Below are positions 25,686-34,777 of a stretch of DNA of 38,938 nt, piece by piece (position 1 is the stretch's first letter; each line of letters starts with the position of its first letter). The stretch spans positions 1 to 38,938 of the forward strand of contig UYFQ01000380.1 of NCBI GenBank assembly GCA_900617105.1. The letters are read 5' to 3'. The notes beneath the pieces were generated by a model, which searched no databases, was not told the DNA's origin, and saw only the letters and a list, made by a program, of their open reading frames with translations. Source of the stretch: Hydrurus foetidus. Its lineage: Eukaryota. Both the position numbers and the translations under genes were made by a program.

Positions 25686-25715
25686 AGTGCCCCCTCTCTC
25701 TTTTGTACCCCCTTG
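25686..25715 (-). repeat. Outer 30 bp of the right TIR of element 1
   Basis: The reverse complement caagggggtacaaaagagagagggggcact is the same terminal motif as the element 2 TIRs and the TIR at 32770. Confidence 0.82.
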
Positions 25716-25990
25716 CTTGGGGGATGAAATTTTGCAAAACCGTTGTTTTCAACGGATAAAATCGATTCGGATCTGAGAACCGGTTTCAGATTTCACATCG
25801 AAAATGAAATCTATCAGTTGAGAGTTGAGTCTGGCAGGCAGTCTGGCAGTCTGGCAGTATATTCAGTCACATGTTATCACGCCTCTTCTGGCATTCTCAG
25901 ATCAGCGTGTGAATCAACAAAGCTAGCAATTCTTCGAGCAAAAGTTGTAGGCAACTGACTGGTCAGCTCCACAACCGTCAATTGTCGAAA

Positions 25991-28900
25991 ATGGCAGACC
26001 CAAGCGATGGTTTCAAGGTACACTAAAGCGAACACTTCTCGTTGTCGAACATATGTGTCGACGTCATACGCGCCGTTTTAGGCAACTAGGACTCACGCGA
26101 GAGACTATCACTCTTAGCAGATTTCAGAGATTAAAATAGTCTTATGCTCACCGTTTTGTTAAGAGGATCCTTCCTCCGCAACGAAATGAGATCAGTTCTA
26201 TGAAAAATCGCATTCTGAGAGAAATTATTGAATAGAATGCATCCTCATCTTTACAATTTCCATTCAAGTACATAATTTGGACAACTACTACTCGATATCT
26301 AACTATATCTCCGTATGATTTACAGGAAGTAAAATTCTCTAACCAGGAGAGGATCAAGGAGAGGGCTAGAAAGGTTATTTTTTTGTCACTGTCAACTAAG
26401 ATATATTTAAAGATGTTTCATTTCTTCGTAATATTCCTCGCACACTTACATCGGATCAACATGATATAGATTAATGCATCAGGACTGGCCGATGATGGCT
26501 TCAAAGTCGCCCGCTTTGGAGCACCTGCGGCCTCGGAGAGCAATAAAGTGAGTGCGAATTCTAATGCTTTCATGAATAAGTATCGCGGCATATTTTAACG
26601 GTCATAATGGCTCTTGTGCTAGTTGAATAAATATCTATTGTGTCGTTTTTCTCATTATTCCGCTCCAAAAGTCCTCCAATGGCGGTCGCTACGACGTGTG
26701 CATCGTTCTCCCTGTAAACAAGAACAACAACGGTTTGCAAAGCTATGGAGAGGATATTATGAGAGTTATTGAGTAAGTGTACAGGCTGCAATATGTTATG
26801 TCAGATTTGAAAGATAGGCTGCGAAATACTGATCGACTTCTCATTTTCCTTCTCTCTACTTCCCCCAGGAATGCAGGGGGCGAGACCTACGCCTACTATG
26901 ACGCAGACAGAGTGAAGATATTCGTGCTCGTACGATTCCCTCTAATGAAGCTGATTCTCTTCGCAGATACGAACAATTTTAAGATGCTTCTCGATCCTAT
27001 CCTCTTAGAGGCGAAGTGCAAGCTAGGCGATCCGGAGAACAGAATCAAACCCTTCGAAATCGGACAGGATCCATCAATCACAAAGTTCTCACCGTACGAG
27101 CACATCTACACCAAATACGTGAGTTTTTTCTGAGAACACTTTGGATGTATTTTTTTAGCTCTCTGTAGGTAGGATTTGAATGCAAAGCTGTGCAGCACTG
27201 TATCACCCCATCCTATATTAATCCTCATATTACTCCCATCTACCCATCCCTGTATTAACACCTACCCTATATAATCAATGCTCTGTTAGGAATATGACCA
27301 GGACGACATCTTTTGGCGACCCCAAAATGAGAGGAGCAGTACATCCTTTAGTGAGAGTGTTCGCCTGAAAGTCATCCATCTGTTACTCGAATCTTCGATC
27401 TGTAAGGGGGGTGAGAAGCATTCATGTTGCTGGTGTGTCACAAGAGAGCGAAATTCCTGCAGATGTTACGACTACATCGAAAGATTATACTAGATGACGT
27501 GATTGTTCTGTACTTCCTAAATGACGTCACTCTTCTGTGTTAGGATGTGCACTTAAAATGAGAAGACTGGAGTTGGAGAAAAAAATTCTCGCCTACTACC
27601 CCATGCCCAACAGCGAGCTGAAGAACAACCTCGAATCCAAATGGCTGCAATACTGTGAGCGCCATGCTACATAACTGTGATGCCCTTTCATGTTAATGCG
27701 GGACACTGTACGGAAACATTGTTTTCAGATGATTTCCTTTAGACCCCATCGACAACTCCATCGCTGACTTCTGCACCTCCGTGTCTCTCCCTAGGCATGA
27801 CTCCAAATGGCCAACCATTCCGTCAAATCAGGGCGTATTTCGGCGAAAAAATAGGCCTATTCTTTGAATTCCGTGCCCATCTCACTTCATGGCTGGCCGG
27901 TCCCGCCATCGTTGGATTTGCTCTTGAGTGCGTGGTAGTGGGCACTTTGAATTTCTCCCACCCGGTGATTCCTTTTTTCTCTCTCTTGATCGCTGTGTGG
28001 TCCGTGTTGATGACGGAGTTCTGGAAGAGAAGAGAGATGGCGGTGGCGATGGAGGCAGGCATGCTCGACATGGAAGTGTACATGCAGGACAGACCGGAAT
28101 TCAAGGTTAGTACGCACATACGTACGCACATAACATACACTCACAAACATGCATGCACGCGTACATACATGTACACATGCAAACATCAAACATACATGCG
28201 CACGTTACACACACACACACACATTCGTACATTTCGTGCATAAAGGCATACATATTTGAACTGCATGCACACACAATAAACAACTGTCACAAGAAACACT
28301 ATTTCAATGACTCCTACAGTACAGAGTAATTTGTTCTTCCCCCTAAAATTAAAATCTTGCGGTTAATTCCGGCATATCCCTCTGCTCTGCAGGGCATCTT
28401 CAGACCATCTCTGGTAGATGGAACTCCGGAGAAATATTATCCCGCGGGTTCCAAGCGCGCCAAGATATGCGCCTCTTTCTCCATCATCGTAAGTCCCTTG
28501 ACCTGTTACATGACCGATTTAAACAGTTGCTAAACATATCCCAGGATCTGATGTGATTATTCTCCTCTGTATCTCCAGAGCGTTTTCGTGTTGTGCGTCG
28601 TAGGTGTGATCGCGGGTATCTACACTCTGCGATACGTACTATACCAAGACATCGGATCCAAAGCTCAAGTGGTTGCATCAGTTCTCAATGTGGTTCAAAT
28701 TCAAATCTTGACCTTCATCTACGACTACCTCGCATTCAAACTTACTGATCTGGAGAATCACAGGAATGACGTTCTTTACGAAGACTCCATGATTATCAAA
28801 CTCTTCCTCTTTCAGTTCGTCAACAATTACTCCTCCTTCTACTACCTCGCATTCGTTGCTGGTTTTCTCCCTGTACCCCCAGGGGCAGCTGCCAATAGTC

Positions 28901-30829
28901 AGGTTAGTTGTACAAACAACACGTACTTGCAAAACAACGTACATGAGTCTTGTGCGTACGTAATTCACTTTCATCCCACACGTCACTTCACACTACATCC
29001 AATTAGGGAGAGTGTGGCTATCCTGACTGCATGCAGGCTCTTGCTGTCAATCTTGGCATCATCTTCGGTAAGCACTTGAAAGTTCACAGCTCTCCATCAT
29101 GAAATCAATGTGATCACTCTGATAATGCCTGCTGGTCTGTCTGGCTCAGCCATACTACTGTACATCAGACTTGATTTCTTTCTTTCATTTCAATCGTGTG
29201 ATTGTGAAGGAAAGGAAGATGAGCCGCCAAAAATTACAAACAATTGACAGCAATTTGATTGAATTTGAATAGGACTCTGACTCTCCCACCCTACCCTTTC
29301 CCCCTCCCTTTCCTCCCTTACACACAGGATCACGTCTGTTACTGAAGAACTTTTTGAATCTCTTTCTGCCTTGGTACAGCACCCGAAGGAGAAGACAGAA
29401 GGAAGTCAAGAGTGCTGGGTCCAGAGCCCTTTCTCCCGCAGGTAAGGGCGAGTCATATTTTGCACTCTGTATTCCGTATTCCGTATTCTGCGAAAAGTAT
29501 TGCGAGTCCTCTCTATTAAGTGTACCATGCAGATGGTGTACTGTATTATGTGAAGAAACGCTGCTAATCTTCTCTATGCAAAGTGGTATCAGGTGATGCA
29601 ACGATATCCATCTACACTACCTTACTCCACATTCATCAATTTAACCAAATCACCTTCTTAGAGCAAGAGTTCGTGAAGGAGCCGTTCGACCATATCCGGT
29701 CATCTCTGATGCAGTATGCGGATGCAGCGACTTTCTTCGGTTACACGGTGTTCTTCACAGCAGCCCTGCCTGTCGCTCCATTCTTCGCACTGATCAACAC
29801 TTACCTCGGTGCGTCACGTTATGTCATGTCATGTCACGTTATGTCATGTCATGTCATGTCTGCCTTCCTCTATTGATCACTTCTCATTCGTCATTCTCAT
29901 GGAGAGGGATTTCAGATGAGCACTAACTATCCCTCTTTGAACCAATTCTAAACGTTCCTTCATTATCGTTCTTTTTCTTATCCCCTTCAAGACATTCGTT
30001 TCAACGCCTTCTCGATGCTTCATCAGTACAGACGTCCTGTACTCGTAGGATGCCAAGATATAGGTGGGTTCATATCAAACCATCATATCCTAATCACGTT
30101 TCTCCTCATATGAATGATGTACTGTGTTGAATTTGACATGCGTCAGTACAAAATACAAAGTACAAATGTCGTAACTTCCCTCTTCTCAAACTCCTTCTCG
30201 ACATCCCCACTCGCCCTTCCCAGGAACATGGCAAACCATCTTCGAGATTTCTTCCACCATCGGTGTCATCACAAATGCCGGCCTCATTATCTTCACTATG
30301 GAAACTTTGAACGGACAAGCATACACGAATGTTGGCAAACTCTGGATCTTCATCGGATTCCAGGTGATTTTCTCTTATTTTTTAGGGACTATCAATTCCT
30401 TTTGTATCTGATACGCGTCATTTCACCTCTTTTTTTCTCTCTTTCTTGCCTTCATCCTCTTCCTTTTCCTCCTAACTCCTCTCTTTTTATCTCTCTCAGT
30501 CACTCACTCAGTTACTCTCTCTGTCACTTTTCCTCTTTATCTCTATCTCTATCTATCTCACTCACTCACTACCTCCCTCCGTCCCTCTGTTACTATTACT
30601 CTCTCTTCTTATTCAGTGGGTACTGTTCTTCTCTCAAGTGCTCATCCGTGCATCGGTGCCCGACGTGCCACTCTTCGTGACCATTCAGAAGAAGAGAACG
30701 GAGTACATCTCTCGCAAGATCATCGACAGGCAGGAGGACGAAGAGGACAGCGACCTAAGTGCAGCTGCTAATGCTCCCTCTAAGTCTCTCCTCACCGACC
30801 ACATCAACGACTACGCACCTGGCATGTAA
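25991..30829 (+). CDS. Anoctamin/TMEM16 family membrane protein (channel/scramblase), multi-exon host gene; 5' exons uncertain
   Basis: Family motifs in successive exons: PYEHIY (~27100), QPFRQIRAYFGEKIGLFF (~27810), LTDLENHR...KLFLFQFVNNYSSFYYLAF (~28740-28860), FGYTVFFTAALPVAPFFALIN (~29735-29800), YRRP...DIG/TWQ (~30030-30240), VPDVP (~30660). Stop at 30829. Exons are bounded by GT-AG. The start ATG 25991 (MADPSDGFK, then a GT donor) is tentative. Confidence 0.9.
28110..28275. repeat. CA-rich low-complexity intronic sequence
   Basis: Runs of cacata/cacaca inside an anoctamin intron. Confidence 0.7.
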
Positions 30830-31120
30830 TCAATGAGTCGCAGCAACATTTGTATGCGCGAGGAAATTGCATCTAATTGTTGGAAGAGGCAATTAGCCGG
30901 GTACACCGGACACTCCGATGCTATTCCCACCCATATAGCCGCCATCCGATGCCTCGACTGCATAACATCCAATACACCTGCATGATGTATTCTAGTCGCA
31001 CCACAGCAGACCTCAATACTATAGTCCGTGATGCGCTCTGCATCTACCACAAACAATTATTACAGTGCAGCATATAGATGGTGAACGGTTTGATCTCAGG
31101 TCTGAGGTCCATGCGGTCTC

Positions 31121-32168
31121 ACCTTCCGCCATCTTCTGCTATTTTTATGGTGTCACTGATTTGATGTTGATTTCGTACGGCTATCATTTTAACGATGAGA
31201 AACCAATCGAATTCCACGTGATCTGAAAGCGAAATGTAATGCCTCGCAGTACCTCTTTCGTTCAGGAAGCCACTCTACCATAGTTAGAATGCCTTCTTCT
31301 TTTTTCTTTTCTCACTCCTCTCGCAAACTTCATCCTGTGTAAACGATTCCATCCCGTCCCATACATGCCATGTATTGCTCCTTAGCAAGACAGCAAATAC
31401 CTTTTACGTTTTAAGTGATTTAAGTGATTCTTTAATTTCTTGTGGCCGGCGGTAGCCTACTGATATGTGATATGTGTCTACTTTGACAACTACATTAAAA
31501 TACAGTGAAACGATCTCCACTAAACTGCAGTCAGTTTTGCATCGCGAGGACTTGAGAATGGCTGTATATTTCGTATTTTACAAATATATGACGTTATAAT
31601 GGAGATCGCATCGCACCGTCCACGATGTATTGTCGAAGAACGCTTCCCTTCTGTGGAACACATCGATAAGTATTAGTTCCTGGCTGACAAAATTCAAACT
31701 CAACACTGACAAATCTAGGCAAAGTTTCTTCAGGCTGATGTTACGAAGAAAAACGATGAAAATTCAGTGTCGAATCCATAAAAATTAAGAATCGATCGTA
31801 CAATTTGGTACAGATAAGAATCAGAACCGTAATCTTGAGCCGCACAACACCAACATTGTACGGATACTGTCGACCGTGAAGATTGAAGAAATAAGTGTCT
31901 GAAAGGACCCAGTTTTTGTGATGTAGAACACAATACCGTCGAATGCCCCATCTTTTTCTTGTTATACAGCGGTGTGTGGTAGTAGAGTCAATTTGTTAAA
32001 CATCTCAACTTCATGGACGACATAGCTAACATCAGCAGAGCAAAACTTCACTGATACTTACCCGATAAAGTCAATTTCTTTTGGCTTCGAAGCTGCAGTG
32101 ACCATTCCTTTAGTATCTGCATTGTTGACTTCTGACGGGCCAGAACGCTTCAGGTAATTTCGAATTCC
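31121..32168 (-). CDS. Possible multi-exon gene of unknown function (fragmentary)
   Basis: Minus-strand segments with AG/GT boundaries and open frames: ~32168-32063 (IRNYLKRSGPSEVNNADTKGMVTAASKPKEIDFIG), ~31381-31252 (SNTWHVWDGMESFTQDEVCERSEKKKKEEGILTMVEWLPERK) and ~31155-31123 (DTIKIAEDGG, phase-compatible with the previous one). No family recognised. Confidence 0.3.
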
Positions 32169-32369
32169 TGAAACGTTGCTGATGGTGTGACTTTCAATGT
32201 TTGAGCCTCGTTAAACTCAGTCCCCATCAAATTGAATTCCGACAATTTGTGAGATGCTTGTAAACGATGTGGAATCTACGAATCTGAAACGCTCTCTAGA
32301 GCGGCACCACTATTCTGACTTAAAATTTTTGCAGCGTTGCAGAACCATAATAGTTTGAGTTTTTGCTTA

Positions 32370-32589
32370 GGCCGGTCCTTACGGTGTCGGATTTCAGGGA
32401 AAGTTAGAATCGGATTTCGGTTTTTGAAATCCAATTCTGACTTTTTCGATTTCCGACGCGGAGATTGTCGAAAAATAGGCCGAATTTCCGACAATCTCCG
32501 CGTCGGAAATCGAAAAAGTCAGAATTGGATTTCAAAAACCGAAATCCGATTCTAACTTTCCCTGAAATCCGACACCGTAAGGACCGGCC
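32370..32589. mobile_element. PIF/Harbinger (Tourist-like) MITE, 220-bp perfect foldback with TTA TSD
   Basis: 101-bp arms (32370-32470 and 32489-32589) are exact reverse complements around an 18-nt loop. Termini are GGCC...GGCC, with TTA on both sides (32367-32369, 32590-32592). Confidence 0.88.
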
Positions 32590-32769
32590 TTAGTGCAAAA
32601 TTTTATCGAGCAAAAATTAATCACCAAAATGGAATAGCCAGCCCAGAAGTAGACATCAGATAGCTCCACGTGATGTCAACGGCATTGAAAAAAATGGATT
32701 ACCCAATGAGATAGTAATGTTATTGGGAGGACATGCATATGGTGATAATATGGTCGGTGTCGACCAAAG

Positions 32770-32850
32770 CAAGGGGGTATTGAAAGGAGAGGGGGCACTT
32801 TGAGGCCTCTGGTCTGGGTCCCATAAAATTTTCTCCGATGTCTCTCACTC
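32770..32850 (+). mobile_element. Terminus (TIR) of a third P-like family member; body presumably continues rightwards and is interrupted by the Gypsy element
   Basis: caagggggtattgaaaggagagggggcact matches the termini of element 1 (caagggggtacaaaagagagagggggcact) and element 2. No partner TIR is in the window. Confidence 0.7.
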
Positions 32851-34050
32851 AAAACATTTATACCCGAGATTCTTATATTGCATCTATTTCATTACGAACC
32901 ACATGAAGCACATATACTCTCAACATAGCAGTCAACCTCCTGACTACAACGATTTTTCTTCCCAAGCGTCACAGGCATCTCCGGATTCGCAATTCCTCGC
33001 AGCTGAAGCCAATGTAAGAAAATTCCCAAATTGATGTGCATTGAATAAGAATTATGTCATGACTGTCGTCCATAATTTCGATGTGGCATCGCTAGATGGA
33101 CATGACGCTGTGAATGCAACGTGCACTAAGGACGTCTAATCGGTCTTAAATACCATAAAAATGCCTTTTGAGTGGTTTAGTGCATGGTGCTACTGGAATT
33201 ATTACCTTTTTTCGAGTGAGTCACTAACAATCGTCTGCTTCAATTTTTATCCAGAAAAATGTCTTCGGACACTGTCGATGGGGTTGAGCTGCTGAGCATA
33301 TTCAAGGCTTGCCTTGACCTGAAATTTCATGATTCTGTCAGCGAATTACCCACCTCCATCAATCGGTCCCCAATCAGAAGCAGTCTTGATGCTGGTGGGT
33401 CCATTTTTGAGATCTCTCAAGAACCGCCATGAACTTGTGCTGAGCTCTCACCGGATATCTTTCGCGAGAGGATGCAACGCGTCAAAGCTTAGGGTTTCAT
33501 TTGAGATTGGAAATTCGATTAGAGTCGATGAATTTGATGTAGAATATTTGACTTCGATCGTGCTTGACATTTCCACGGGGAAAAAAAAACTCATGTTGAA
33601 CACTCCACCAAAGCTCCAAGGAATATCTAACGTAAGTAAAAATTGAGATGTTTCTATAAATGCAATTGATCATATTCATTGTTACTACTTTGCGACACAA
33701 ATTAAACTCTTTTTACTGAACATGAGATGTGTATGGAACACTGAACAATGAACACCCCGGCAATTCTCGAAGAAGACTTACCGACCGTTGGAGAAGCTCG
33801 AAGCGAGGGAGGACTCGCCGAAGTGGAATCTGCCGCAGTAACCGATGATGGCGATGATGGCAACCCAGAACAGCGCTCAGAATTCAGCAAATAAAGACCT
33901 CTCAACCTTGGCAGCTTTCGCCATATATTCGACAAATCTATCATGGAATCAAATCTCGGGATTTTGGGATCCGTGGTGTTTGGTGCTGCTACACTACTTT
34001 TCGACTGACGGTCGAATCTCAGATACCAGCCATGACTACGCGTGGACAGG

Positions 34051-34416
34051 TGTCACGATGTCATGAGGTTCTCTGGACGTAAGATATTGGAGCGGTGTTG
34101 TAGCTGCTGTATGCTGCATTATACAGAGTATAGAGTACAGTGTACAGGAGGTCCTCGATGCCAGATAAGCCTATTGCTACGTCCAGGACAGGGTGATGTA
34201 CGTACAGATGTGACCTTTGAGGGCTAGAGAGAAGGGAAGTCAAAAGGCTAAAAGGAGCTGGTTAGTTAGGGATGCAAACAGAAGGTACGCTAGTAACTTC
34301 TGCAAAGCAGCACAAACTAGCTAGTGACTGATAATCGTGGCTGTGAACACGAAGGTACTAAGGTAGAAACAGCATCTAATCGGCTGAATGGGGTAGCAGA
34401 CCCTGAGGGAGCCACA
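34051..34416 (-). repeat. 3' LTR of the Ty3/Gypsy element (outer boundary uncertain: 34051, 34059 or 34099)
   Basis: On the minus strand a polypurine tract is immediately followed by TGTGGC at 34416. Several candidate ...ACA ends exist, and the second LTR is not in the window. Confidence 0.6.
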
Positions 34417-34435
34417 CTACCCCTACTTATCTCTC
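34417..34435 (-). other. Polypurine tract of the LTR retrotransposon
   Basis: Minus strand gagagataagtaggggtag lies directly before the TG LTR start, downstream of the pol stop. Confidence 0.7.
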
Positions 34436-34777
34436 GTTTTCTCATCTCTCTCTCTCTCACACTCTCTCTCTAATGTTGAGTCTCTAGCTACAATGTGTGA
34501 CAAAACAAATACAACTCAAGCGTGAGAAAGAAAAATGCAGAAAAGGATAAAAAAAATACAGAAATACAGAAATAAACACGTACGATGAATACAGATATTT
34601 GTACATGTGAGAGAATGGGGAAGTGAGAGACGAGAGTGCCTAGATGTGTTGTTTCTAAGTGTTCCCCTACACATTTATGTCAGATTTTTACTGATTAAAC
34701 CTCCTGAAAAGCAACTTAACGTAGTAAAAATGAGGAGGAATCTTCAAAAGATAATGTGTAGGTCGTTCCTTGGAAAC

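Larger units (their letters stand above)
1..25715 (+). mobile_element. P-superfamily DNA transposon, element 1 (left end outside window; right terminus interrupted by element 2)
   Basis: Contains array A, a P-type transposase and a convergent accessory gene. Removing element 2 and one GTGGAAG copy joins 15541 to 25686 and restores a terminus ending ...gtgccccctctctcttttgtacccccttg (25715), colinear with the element 2 TIR. Confidence 0.85.

Noticed and set aside
32276..32555. ORFs overlapping the palindrome
   Set aside because: They are mirror-image products of the MITE arms.
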